NCBI GenBank assembly: GCA_002269645.1
Contig: NIVC01001446.1
Coordinates: 124,001 to 188,000, forward strand
Length of the DNA stretch: 64,000 nt
From: Macrostomum lignano
Lineage: Eukaryota
Direction of reading: 5' to 3'
Part shown: positions 49,436 to 60,591 of the stretch, piece after piece
Position numbering within the stretch: the stretch's first letter is position 1
Layout: each line of letters opens with the position of its first letter
The notes under the pieces: model-generated
The model's input: the letters and a program-made list of their open reading frames with translations, nothing else
Database searches by the model: none
What the model was told of the DNA's origin: nothing
Program-made: the position numbers and the translations under genes

Positions 49436-49754
49436 AACGACAGACATCATCAGAGTTAGAAAAAAGCAAAATAATGACAGAAATAGGTCGCAAAACTCAA
49501 AGACCCAGGAAACTGAAGAAACAGCGAGACACAAAGAGAGTAAAACAGGAAAAAAGAAAGTAAACAAGGCAGAAAAAAGACTGCACTGTCAAATCGTAGC
49601 CAGAGGTAATGGTCTTAGCTGACTTGGTATTTAGGAGTAATATCTGGCTCGTGCAAATGAGAAATGCGCTCTATATATCTTACGCTCATCTTATTAAAAA
49701 AGACTGTACTTGTAAAACAATCGGATACCCTGTGCTTAGTTCATTAAAAGGAAA

Positions 49755-50003
49755 CTACATCCAAATAGCGTTCCAGACTCTGGGCGCCATCTTCTTTGCC
49801 AGGCCGGCCACCAGCATCCGCTGCACCGCCTGCTCCAGATTCTCCCCGTTGAGGAACACGGCCGGATGCTCAATCAGGTGACCCCTGACCTTTTCCAATT
49901 CTTCCCGAGCCGCTGCAGGATTGGTCTGGGCAAGACAGGGCTGTCTGAGAAACTCCGCCAGCTGCTGGATTGTTGCGCAATCGTTCGGATAGGTGCGGAA
50001 CAC
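49755..50003 (-). CDS. PLD: Phospholipase D (PLD1/2 type), last exon
   Basis: VFRTYPND..AREELEKVRGHLIEHPAVFL..AIWM-stop matches the PLD C-terminus. GCAG|GTG, phase 0. Confidence 0.9.
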   Translation of the reverse strand: MFRTYPNDCATIQQLAEFLRQPCLAQTNPAAAREELEKVRGHLIEHPAVFLNGENLEQAVQRMLVAGLAKKMAPRVWNAIWM

Positions 50004-50194
50004 CTGCCCAAGTTACAAAGGGGGAGCGTTTTGAGATCAAAATGAGCTGCTCAAAATGCTAAATAAATATTTGGGTTGATTAAATGATTAAATTTCGTAA
50101 ATACAACAAAAGGCGACAGAAGGCTGGGTGCACATTGTGGAATAGGAAGAAATGCTTGGGCTTTGATAAAAGAAGCTGGACTCTGAATTTTGAG

Positions 50195-50460
50195 GAATGA
50201 GGCAGAAGCCAGATTGAATGTACATTACGAGGGGAGTGGGGCAGAAGCCAGTTTGAATGTACATTACGAGGGGAGTGGGGCAGAAGCCAGTTTGAATGTA
50301 CATTACGAGGGGAGTGGGGCAGAAGCCAGTTTGAATGTACATTATGAGGGGAGTGGGGCAGAAGCCATATTGAATGTACATTATGAGGGAGAGGGAAAGA
50401 AGCCAGATTGAATGTACATTGTGAGGGGACTGGGGAAGAAGACAGATTGAATGTACATTA
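50195..50460. repeat. 39-bp intronic minisatellite GAATGTACATTACGAGGGGAGTGGGGCAGAAGCCAGTTT, about 6 copies
   Basis: PLD last intron. Confidence 0.88.
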
Positions 50461-50974
50461 AAGAGGAGCAGATTAGCTTTGGCAGCACATGGAAGCTCTA
50501 ACTGTACATTTTGAACGTTATGTGGTAAGACAGTGCAGAGAAGTTTAGAGTTGTTGGCAAGGGACTGTACATTTTAGCTTGGGCAGTGACAAGGAATATT
50601 TGAGGGACAGGTTTCATCTTCAACTTATCTGCAGATAGCTCATACAAGTTTTCTAAAAGAAGAGACCCCCAAGGGCAGCCCAGTGAATTCAGCTATTCAT
50701 CAAATTAGCCAAATGGCATTTTCAGGCTGCCTATGCATAAATTTTCTTTCTTTTCCTTGAAGAAGCAATTTAGTTTATTGCTGTTTCGTCAGCTGCCCGC
50801 CTATTAATTAGAAATCATAGCTACAATTAATGAAAGTGGATAGGACTCTCTAAAAATTTTTTGTCTAGATTTTTTCTAGAATTTTTTTCCAGGAATTAGA
50901 GCTGTTTTGGTTGGTTCTACATACTAGGAATTTTTATAACGCCGAAGAAGTTTAAAGCGTATAAGTTTATATAG

Positions 50975-51320
50975 TGTGCATTGTGATGGGCTCAGTGGGG
51001 TAGAGAGATCATAGAATGTACATTGTGATGGGCTCAGTGGGGTAGAGAGATCATAGAATGTACATTGTGATGAGCTCAGTCGGGGTTAGAGAGTCATAGA
51101 GTGTACATTGCAATGGGCTCAGTGGGGCAGGGAGATCATAGAGTGTACATTGTGGTGGGCTCAGTGGGGGTAGAGAGATCATAGAATGTACATTGTGGTG
51201 GGCTCAGTGGGGGTAGAGAGATCAAAGATTGTACACTATGGTTGGATCAGTGGGGTAGAGAGATCACTGAGTGTACATTGTGGTTGGCTCAGTTGGGCAG
51301 GGAGATCATTAGGTGTACAT
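50975..51320. repeat. 42-bp intronic minisatellite GTACATTGTGATGGGCTCAGTGGGGTAGAGAGATCATAGAAT, about 8 copies
   Basis: PLD last intron; shares AATGTACATT with the 39-mer. Confidence 0.88.
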
Positions 51321-51410
51321 TGTAGTGTGCTCTTTTAACTTTGTGATATAATTCGGTCTATTAGGATGTAGCGGGCTGCTTGAGCAGCTACTAAAAAAGC
51401 TCCGGCAGAC

Positions 51411-51927
51411 CTTCTCGTAGATCTTTCGATTCCGTTTTGCGGTGCTAATCCAGGTCCGGTGGAAGACGGCATCATCAGTCGGGTCTGTCAGCAGCACCCC
51501 AGCGTCCGGCTGCGCTCCCGAAGTCTCTGAGTCTCGGCGCGTTGCATCTGCGTTAGCGGCTGATGTTCCCGCAGTTTCTGATGCTTCCGAGAGTGCCGCG
51601 GCGGCTTCGGCGGCAGCGGTGGCAGCGGCGGTGATGCCCAGGTGTTCCCGCATGAGGTAGCGCCGCAGGGAGCCGGCGAAGCGGCCAACTCGCACCCGGC
51701 CGGACTGCCACACTTCTGGCCGAAGGTCCTCGCCGGTGTCCTCGAACAGGCCGGCCACCTCAGAGTCGCAGTCGCCGCGCAGAGATCTGTCGTTGATGTT
51801 GGCGGACCCGATGATGCACATGGAGTCGTCGGCGATGATGACCTTGCTGTGCACGTACACCTGCTCGGTGACCAGCTGGCCGGAAGGTTGGCGGGCCCAA
51901 TTTCGAAGTGAGCAAACTGAAACGTAC
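51411..51927 (-). CDS. PLD: Phospholipase D, exon with second HKD motif
   Basis: RYVSVCSLRNW..VTEQVYVHSKVIIADDSMCIIGSANINDRSLRGDCDSE. CCCAG|G (phase 2), AAG|GTCTGC (phase 0). Confidence 0.95.
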
Positions 51928-52053
51928 CTGGGTGAGGGTTTGGTGCGCTTTGTATGGCTTGGGTGGATTGGATGAGAAACAATTAAAATTGTGTCAGTGC
52001 ACTTAGTCAGTTAATTTACAACCTTAATAAGTATAGAATCTTGTAATCCACGG

Positions 52054-52741
52054 CTGGCGGGATCAATGTCCAGCTCACCTGGCGGGATCAATGTCCAGCT
52101 CACCTGGCGGGATCAATGTCCAGCTCACCTGGCGGGATCAATGTCCAGCTCACCTGGCGGGATCAATGTCCAGCTCACCTGGCGGGATCAATGTCCAGCT
52201 CACCTGGCGGGATCAATGTCCAGCTCACCTGGCGGGATCAATGTCCAGCTCACCTGGCGGGATCAATGTCCAGCTCACCTGGCGGGATCAATGTCCAGCT
52301 CACCTGGCAGGATCAATGTCCAGCTCACCTGGCGGGATCAATGTCCAGCTCACCTGGCGGGATCAATGTCCAGCTCACCTGGCGGGATCAATGTCCAATG
52401 TCCAGCTCACCTGGCAGGATCAATGTCCAGCTCACCTGGCGGGATCAATGTCCAGCTCACCTGGCGGGATCAATGTCCAGCTCACCTGGCGGGATCAATG
52501 TCCAGCTCACCTGGCGGGATCAATGTCCAGCTCACCTGGCGGGATCAATGTCCAGCTCACCTGGCGGGATCAATGTCCAGCTCACCTGGCGGGATCAATG
52601 TCCAATGTCCAGCTCACCTGGCAGGATCAATGTCCAGCTCACCTGGCGGGATCAATGTCCAGCTCACCTGGCGGGATCAATGTCCAGCTCACCTGGCGGG
52701 ATCAATGTCCAGCTCACCTGGCGGGATCAATGTCCAGCTCC
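52054..52741. repeat. 25-bp minisatellite equal to PLD exon end + 5' splice site, about 27 copies
   Basis: Minus-strand unit GAGCTGGACATTGATCCCGCCAG|GT; the first unit encodes ELDIDPA(R). Confidence 0.95.
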
Positions 52742-53669
52742 TGCAACCGGTCGAACAGCGAAGCGCCGCCCCTGAACAGCGAAGTGTACTCGTGGTGCAG
52801 CATCATGAGCACCGGAGGCGACAGCACGCCAGACTCCATGCCTTCGCAGGTGAACATCGGCAGCACCGGAATCACCAAGTAGACGCGAAATGGTCGCCCC
52901 AGTCGGTGCATTTCGACAATTTTGCGGAACAAAGACCAGGACAGATTGTTCTGAACCTGCGTGGAGTCTCGCTGCGACTGCATGCGACTGGCGTGCGAGC
53001 TGGGCAGGCAGCAGGATATGAAGAACTGGTTCTCAATGTACAGGTAGTGCTCAGCCTTGCCGATCACGTAATGATAGGCCTGGAGGATGCTGCTCTCCGC
53101 CACGGACAGGCCGCCAGACCAGAAGCCGAGGCTGCGCAGGATTCGAACTCGGCAGTGCGTGGGCGGCGCCAGCCAGCGCTTGGCCTTCACCCGGGGCCTC
53201 GTGCCGCGCCCGCCCACTTCGTTGAAGACAACGCCGATTCCGCCAGTGTCGGCGTCGTCAGCGCCACCGCCTCCGCCGCCGCTTTTAAATAGCACCGACG
53301 GCCGGTTCCGCTGCTGGCGACCGCCTCCTGCGTCGGAGTTGCTCCGATTTCTGCTCCGGCGAGCCGGCCTCATCGAGACTTTGCTGGCGTCAGCTGCTTC
53401 TGCGGCCGGCTCGGCGAAAACTTGCTGCTGAACAGCCGCTCCGCTGTCCTCAGCCTGATGAGGCTGCTGATGAGGCTGGGCCGCCGCCGACGACAGTCCA
53501 GAGTTGGCCGCCTTGGGCAGCAGCACGGGCTCCCCGGAGCTGGCGCAGCGGTTGCGCGAGTAGTTCCAGCGCTCGATGAAGTGGCGAGCGACGTCGCGAG
53601 CGGCCTGGCCGCGGACAACGCAGCCGACGTCGTGCCAGGCGGAGCGCGGCAAATTGCGGTCGGTGGCGT
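52718..53669 (-). CDS. PLD: Phospholipase D, central exon
   Basis: PRSAWHDV, RDVARHFIERWN, RILRSLGFWSGG, AEHYLYIENQFF, FRVYLVIPVLPMF. CGCAG|AC (phase 1), CCAG|GTGAGC (phase 2). Confidence 0.95.
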
Positions 53670-53764
53670 CTGCGGCGACGGCAAGAGCCGGTCGGGGTGA
53701 GTGCGGAGTCTGGGGTTGATGTGGGGCTGGTGTGGGGCTGGTGTGGGGCTGGTGTTCGTCTGGT

Positions 53765-54405
53765 GTGGGGTCTGGAATCGAGGTGGGTTGGGTCAGGAAT
53801 CGGGGTGGGTGGGGTCAGGAATCGGGGTGGGTGGGGTCAAGAATCGGGGTGGGTGGAGTCAGGAATCGGGTGGATGGGGTCAGGAATCGGGGTGGGTGGG
53901 GTCAGGAATCGGGGTGGGTGGGGTCAAGAATCGGGGTGGGTGGGGTCTGGAATCGAGGTGGGTGGGGTCAGGAATCGGGGTGGGTGGGGTCAGGAATCGG
54001 GGTGGGTGGGGTCAGGAATCGAGGGGAGTGGGGTCAGGAATCGAAGTGGGTGGGGTCAGGAATCGGGGTGGGAGGGGTCAGGAATTGATGTGGGTGGAGT
54101 CAGGAATCGGGGTGGGTGGGGTCAGGAATCGGGGTGGGTGGGGTCAGGAATCGGGTGGGTGGGGTCAGGAATCGGGGTGGGTGGGGTCTGGAATCGGGGT
54201 GGGTGGGGTCAGGAATCGATGTGGTTGGGGTCAGGAATCGGGGTGGGTGGGGTCAGGAATCGGGGTGGGTGGGGTCAGGAATCGAGGTGGGTGGAGTCAG
54301 GAATCGGGGTGGGTGGGGTCAGGAATCGGGGTGGATGGTGGGTCAAGAATTGGGGTGGGTGGAGTCAGGAATCGGGGTGGGTGGGGTCAGGAATCGGGGT
54401 GGATG
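53765..54405. repeat. 22-bp G-rich intronic minisatellite GGGGTGGGTGGGGTCAGGAATC, about 29 copies
   Basis: Fills PLD intron 53670-54416. Confidence 0.93.
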
Positions 54406-54416
54406 GGGTGTCTCAC

Positions 54417-54628
54417 CGGTGTAGGGTTTGTCCATAACGGTGGGATCTGACAGCATCCAGTTGATGTAGTCCATGCCGCGAAACAGTTGAAATTTTTGTG
54501 CCTCATCAGTCTTCAGCGCGTAGCCGGTGTTGAGCTGACCGTACCAGGCCCACGGGTTGGTGCGCTGGTTCTGCTGGCTGCCCAGGGTGTCGACATGCTT
54601 CTGCAGACGGCGCTTGGCCGCTTTTGAG
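54417..54628 (-). CDS. PLD: Phospholipase D exon (end of loop, FRGMDYINW..DKPY)
   Basis: Matches PLD W-x-GKDYxN..DKPF. TTTCAG| (phase 2), G|GTGAGA (phase 1). Confidence 0.88.
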
Positions 54629-54659
54629 CTGAAAAAGTCGAAAATTTGAGGAGTTATTG

Positions 54660-54945
54660 CTAGATTAGCAATCCATTGTATTGTTATTATTCGTTGACTA
54701 GATTAGCAATGCATTGTATTGTTATTATTCGTTGACTAGATTAGCAATCCATTGTATTGTTATTATTCGTTGACTAGATTAGCAATCCATTGTGTTGTTA
54801 TTATTTGTTGGCTAGATTAGCAATCCATTGTATTGTTATTATTTGTTGGCTAGATTAGCAATCCATTGTATTGTTATTATTTGTTGGCTAGATTAGCAAT
54901 CCATTGTATTGTTATTATTTGTTGGCTAGATTAGCAATCCATTTT
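54660..54945. repeat. 38-bp intronic minisatellite GATTAGCAATCCATTGTATTGTTATTATT(C/T)GTTG(A/G)CTA, about 7 copies
   Basis: Fills PLD intron 54629-54987. Confidence 0.92.
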
Positions 54946-54987
54946 ACCTAAACAGAGATGTTCTGGGATCCTAAAGCAGCCACTCAC

Positions 54988-55190
54988 AATGACTCAGTAT
55001 CATGCGGAGCTCTATTGGACTCGGCGTTCTTCTGCAGTTTCCAGATTGACCCGGCCAGGTTGCGACGCGGCTGCTCTCTCTGCCTGTTGCTGTTGAAGCC
55101 GCCATCAGCTGAGCCTGGAGACTGGCTCTGGTTGTGGCTGGAGCGCAGCAGGCGCTGCCTCAGTTGGAGCAGAGTTTCATGCGACAGTTT
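54988..55190 (-). CDS. PLD: Phospholipase D loop exon (KLSHETLLQLRQR..HDTES)
   Basis: Open frame, TTTCTCAG| and |GTGAGT sites, phases 0/2 consistent with neighbours. No conserved motif. Confidence 0.72.
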
Positions 55191-55349
55191 CTGAGAAAGG
55201 ATGGCAGAAAGTGGATCAAGGGGACGATTTTAATAAATTTTAAGAACGATAGCCATCGGCTGCACTTTCTAAGAACTATCAAATAAAACGATGTATCGCG
55301 TGGTTCGAGGAAAATCGATAATGCTAGCAAATGGAGAATGTGGAACAAG

Positions 55350-56843
55350 CGAGGAGAGGAGAGGAGAGGAGAGGAGAGGAGAGGAGAGGAGAGGAGAGGA
55401 GAGGAGAGGAGAGGAGAGGAGAGGAGAGGAGAGGAGAGGAGAGGAGAGGAGAGGAGAGGAGAGGAGAGGAGAGGATAGGAGAGGAGAGGAGAGGATAGGA
55501 GAGGAGAGGAGAGGAGAGGAGAGGAGAGGAGAGGAGAGGAGAGGAGAGGATAGGAGAGGAGAGGAGAGGAGAGGATAGGAGAGGAGAGGAGAGGAGAGGA
55601 GAGGAGAGGAGAGGAGAGGATAGGAGAGGAGAGGAGAGGATAGGAGAGGAGAGGATAGGAGAGGAGAGGAGAGGAGAGGAGAGGAGAGGAGAGGAGAGGA
55701 GAGGAGAGGAGAGGAGAGGATAGGAGAGGAGAGGAGAGGAGAGGAGAGGAGAGGAGAGGAGAGGAGAGGATAGGAGAGGAGAGGAGAGGATAGGAGAGGA
55801 GAGGAGAGGAGAGGAGAGGAGAGGAGAGGAGAGGAGAGGAGAGGAGAGGAGAGGAGAGGAGAGGATAGGAGAGGAGAGGAGAGGAGAGGAGAGGAGAGGA
55901 GAGGAGAGAGTATAGGAGAGGAGAGGAGAGGAGAGGAGAGGAGAGGAGAGGAGATGAGAGGGGAGAGGAGAGGAAAAGAGAGGGGGGAGGAGAGGAGAGG
56001 GGAGAGGAGAGGGGAGAGGAGAGGGGAGAGGAGAGGGGAGAGGAGAGGAAAAGAGAGGGGGGAGGAGAGGAGAGGGGAGAGGAGAGGGGAGAGGAGAGGA
56101 AAAGAGAGGGGGGAGGAGAGGAGAGGGGAGAGGAGAGGGGAGAGGAGAGGAAAAGAGAGGGGGGAGGAGAGGAGAGGGGAGAGGAGAGGGGAGAGCAGAG
56201 CGCAGGAGAAGAGAGGAGAGAAGAGAGTGCAGAGAGCAGAGAAGAGAGGAAAGGAGAGAGGAGAAGAGAGAGGAGAGAGGAGAGAGGAGAGAGGAGGAGA
56301 GAGGAAAGGAGAGGGGGGGAGGAGAGGAGAAGGGAGAGGAGAGAGGAGAGAGGGGAGAAGGGAGAAGGGAGAGGAGAGAGGAGAGAGGGGAGAGGGGAGA
56401 AGGGAGAGGAGAGAGGAGAGAGGGGAGAGGGGAGAAGGGAGAGGAGAGAGGAGAGAGGGGAGAGGGGAGAAGGGAGAGGAGAGAGGAGAGAGGGGAGAGG
56501 GGAGAAGGGAGAGGAGAGAGGAGAGAGGGGAGAGGGGAGAAGGGAGAGGAGAGAGGAGAGAGGGGAGAGGGGAGAAGGGAGAGGAGAGAGGAGAGAGGGG
56601 AGAGGGGAGAAGGGAGAGGAGAGAGGAGAGAGGGGAGAGGGGAGAAGGGAGAGGAGAGAGGAGAGAGGGGAGAGGGGAGAAGGGAGAGGAGAGAGGAGAG
56701 AGGGGAGAGGGGAGAAGGGAGAGGAGAGAGGAGAGAGGGGAGAGGGGAGAAGGGAGAGGAGAGAGGAGAGAGGGGAGAGGGGAGAAGAGAGAGGAGAGAG
56801 GGGAGAGGGGAGAGGGGAGAAGGGAGAGGAGAGAGGAGAGATG
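55350..56843. repeat. About 1.5-kb homopurine tract, (GAGGA)n grading into longer GA-only units
   Basis: Almost no pyrimidines on the plus strand; intronic in PLD. Confidence 0.96.
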
Positions 56844-57529
56844 AAGGAGAGAAAACAGACAGAAAAAGAAGACAAAGTGAGAGGCAGAGCAGATGGTAGG
56901 GTTTGAACCAGTAAACAAGGCCACAAGCGCGAGCGCGGTTACTCTTCCTGAATCGCTCAGAAAGAGAAAAAAGTTGCGCCTTTGTGAGCAGCAGACGCCG
57001 AGACATAATTACAGAGCTGAGATGAAGTGCAGACAGAGAAGATTAAGCGCCCCCCCAGCTCCACTCCGTCTGTCTTGGGAGGCGGCCTGACTCGTAGAGA
57101 CACAAAAAAGAGGAAAATCCTTCGGGAACCAGGCGCAAAATGAATGGGAGAAAAAATGAGGAAATAATCCCATTTCCGTCGAGCAGAAGTCGACAACCCG
57201 AGGCCAATTCTGACAGTTGCTAACCGAATTTCTCCATCTGAGAGTTGAGCTACGGCGTGACAGAGGGCACCTCTGCGGCCAGCCTCCTTGATAAAACCTG
57301 ACAAATGAGAAATTCGCGGCCTAACCAGCTCATCAAATTCGGTGGGTCAGTGTGAGGGAAATGTCTTCTTCATCATTGCTTCTAGGGAAATTTTCTGGAA
57401 GCAATTAACAGCTCTCGGGCGCATTCAGATTGCCAGAACTTATCGTTTGAAGCTCTCAGTTGAAATGACCAAAATTGAAGGATGATAATTTTTTCTCATT
57501 TCATGTTTGACTGGAATCTCACTTGCAGA

Positions 57530-58910
57530 TATCACGGAATATACCTGCAGACATCAAGGAATTCCACCTATAGACACCCACGAATTCCACCTGCAGACAT
57601 CACGGAATTCCGCCTGCAGACATCACGGAATTCCACCTGCAGACATCAAGGAATTCCACCTATAGACACCCAGGAATTCCACCTGTAGATATCAAGGAAT
57701 TCCACCTATAGACACCCAGGAATTCCACCTGTAGATATCAAGGAATTCCACCTATAGACACCCAGGAATTCCACCTGTAGATATCAAGGAATTCCACCTA
57801 TAGACACCCAGGAATTCCACCTGTAGATATCAAGGAATTCCACCTATAGACACCCAGGAATTCCACCTGTAGATATCAAGGAATTCCACCTATAGACACC
57901 CAGGAATTCCACCTGTAGATATCAAGGAATTCCACCTATAGACACCCAGGAATTCCACCTGTAGATATCAAGGAATTCCACCTGCAGACATCACGGAATT
58001 GCGCCTGCAGACATCACGGAATTCCACCTATAGACACCCAGGAATTCCACCTGTAGATATCAAGGAATTCCACCTATAGACACCCAGGAATTCCACCTGT
58101 AGATATCAAGGAATTCCACCTATAGACACCCAGGAATTCCACCTGTAGATATCAAGGAATTCCACCTATAGACACCCAGGAATTCCACCTGTAGATATCA
58201 AGGAATTCCACCTATAGACACCCCAGGAATTCCACCTGTAGATATCAAGGAATTCCACCTGCAGACATCACGGAATTGCGCCTGCAGACATCACGGAATT
58301 CCACCTGCAGACATCACGGAATTTCACCTGCAGACATCACGGAATTCCACCTGCAGACATCACGGAATTCCACCTGCAGACATCACGGAATTTCACCTGC
58401 AGACATCACGGAATTTCACCTGCAGACATCACGGAATTTCACCTGCAGACATCACGGAATTCCACCTGCAGACATCACGGAATTTCACCTGCAGACATCA
58501 CGGAATCCCACCCATAGACACCCAGGAATCCCACCTAATAGACACCCAGGAATTCAACCTATAGACACCCAGGAGTCCCACCCATAGACACCCAGGAGTC
58601 CCACTCATAGACACCCAGGAATTCCACCCATAGGTACCCAGGAATTCCAACTGCAGACATCACGGAATTCCATAGTCAGACACGCAGAAATACCACCCAG
58701 ACACCCAGGAATCCCATCACCTAATAGAGACACCCATGAATCCCACCTAATAGAGACATCCAGGAATCCCAAATAATAGACACCCAGGAATCCCAAATAA
58801 TAGAGACATCCAGGAATCCCACCCGCAGAACCAGGAATCCCACCCGCAGACACCCAGGAATCCCACCCGCAGACACCCAGGAATCCCACCCGAAGACACC
58901 CAGAACTCCA
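57530..58910. repeat. About 23-bp intronic minisatellite family (CTGCAGACATCACGGAATTCCAC / TAGACACCCAGGAATTCCACC)
   Basis: Alternating subunits; inverted relative of the 59530-60585 array. Confidence 0.92.
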
Positions 58911-58925
58911 CCTGCCCATTCATAC

Positions 58926-59128
58926 CTCAGAGCTGCGCCGCTTCAATCGCCGAGCCAAATTGCTGGCGCTGTTGTTTCGGTGATTTCCGGTGCTAGTAGC
59001 GCCCGTTGCCATGGCGACGCGAGGACTTGGTTGCAATGGCTGCTGGCGCTTTGTTACGTCAGCCTGGCAAGGCATCAGCGGTCTGGGGCAGCTTTCTCTG
59101 CTCGAGCTGATCTTGTTGGGCATCTCGT
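58926..59128 (-). CDS. PLD: Phospholipase D loop exon (DEMPNK..LKRRSSE)
   Basis: GCAG|AC (phase 1), GAG|GTATGA (phase 0), open frame. Confidence 0.7.
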
Positions 59129-59194
59129 CTGCTTTTTTTGAATTTGGGATAAATTTCAATTCAATTAATGTTTGTTAAAAGTGCATTCTTGCTG

Positions 59195-59330
59195 ATGGAG
59201 ATGAAGGAGGAGATGCAGATGGAGATGGAGATGGAGATGGAGATGCAGATGGAGATGGAGATGGAGATGGAGATGCAGATGGAGATGGAGATGGAGATGC
59301 AGATGCAGATAATGATTGAGATGGAGATGC
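59195..59330. repeat. (GAGATG)n microsatellite
   Basis: Fills PLD intron 59129-59341. Confidence 0.92.
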
Positions 59331-59341
59331 GCATGGTTCAC

Positions 59342-59464
59342 CTTTGTTTTTCTCTGCAGCTAGCAGTCGGTCCAGAACTCGCTTCGGGGCCACGATGCGG
59401 CGTCCGTCAACCTCGTAACCTGCGGCGGCGCCGTCCCCGCCGCTCGGCGCCGAGGACTGGGTGT
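59342..59464 (-). CDS. PLD: Phospholipase D loop exon (DTQSSAPSGG..AAEKNK)
   Basis: CCCGCAG|AC (phase 1), AAAG|GTGAAC (phase 1), open frame. Confidence 0.7.
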
Positions 59465-59529
59465 CTGCGGGCGGCAGTCAGGGTGTAGGCGGGTGCAGCT
59501 TTGGGAGTCTACTTAAGTTAAGTTAGTTG

Positions 59530-60585
59530 TGTCTGAGGATGGAATTCGGGGTGTCTGAGGATGGAATTCGGGGTGTCTGAAGATAGAATTCGGGGTGTCA
59601 GGATGGAATTCGGGGTGTCTGAAGATAGAATTCGGGGTGTCTGCAGATGGAATTCGGGGTGTCTGCAGATGGAATTCGGGGTGTCTGCAGATAGAATTCG
59701 TTGTGTCTGAGGATAGAAATCGGGGTGTCCGAGGATAGAATTCGGGGTGTCTGAGGATAGAATTCGGGGTGTCTGCAGATAGAATTCGGGGTGTCTCAGG
59801 ATAGAATTTGGGTGTCTACAGATAAAATTCGGGGTGTCTGCAGATAGAATTCGGGGTGTCTGAAGATAGAATTCGGGGTGTCTGCAGATGGAATTCGGGG
59901 TGTCTAAGGATAGAAATCAAGGTGTCTGAGGATGGAATTTGGGGTGTCTCAGGATAGAATTTGGGTGTCTACAGATAGAATTCGGGGTGCCTGCAGATGG
60001 AATTCGGGGTGTCTGCAGATGGAATTCGGGGTGTCTCAGGATAGAATTTGGGTGTCTACAGATGGAATTCGGGGTGTCTCAGGATAGAATTTGGGTGTCT
60101 GCAGATAGAATTCGTTGTGTCTGAGGATAGAAATCGGGGTGTCCGAGGATAGAATTCGGGGTGTCTCAGGATAGAATTCGGGGTGTCTGCAGATAGAATT
60201 CGGGGTGTCTCAGGATAGAATTTGGGTGTCTACAGATAGAATTCGGGGTGTCTGCAGATGGAATTCGGGGTGTCTGCAGATGGAATTCGGGGTGTCTCAG
60301 GATAGAATTTGGGTGTCTACAGATGGAATTCGGGGTGTCTCAGGATAGAATTTGGGTGTCTACAGATAGAATTCGGGGTGTCTACAGATAGAATTCGGGG
60401 TGTCTGCAGATGGAATTCGGGGTGTCTACAGATAGAATTCGGGGTGTCTGCAGATAGAAATCGGGGTGTCTGAAGATAGAAATCGGGGTGTCTGCAGATA
60501 GAATTCGGGGTGTCTGAGGATGGAATTTGGGGTGTCTGAGGATAGAATTCGGGGTGTCTGAGGACAGAACTCGGGGTGTCTGCCA
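59530..60585. repeat. 22-bp intronic minisatellite GGGGTGTCTGCAGAT(A/G)GAATTC, about 48 copies
   Basis: Fills PLD intron 59465-60591. Confidence 0.94.
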
Positions 60586-60591
60586 GCTTAC

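Noticed and set aside
56890-57304. Extra PLD exons in ORFs 56957-57304 and 55324-57006
   Set aside because: The phase-0 frame after the TCAG| acceptor stops within 16 codons, and exons 58926 and 55190 already join in phase. Cannot be fully excluded.
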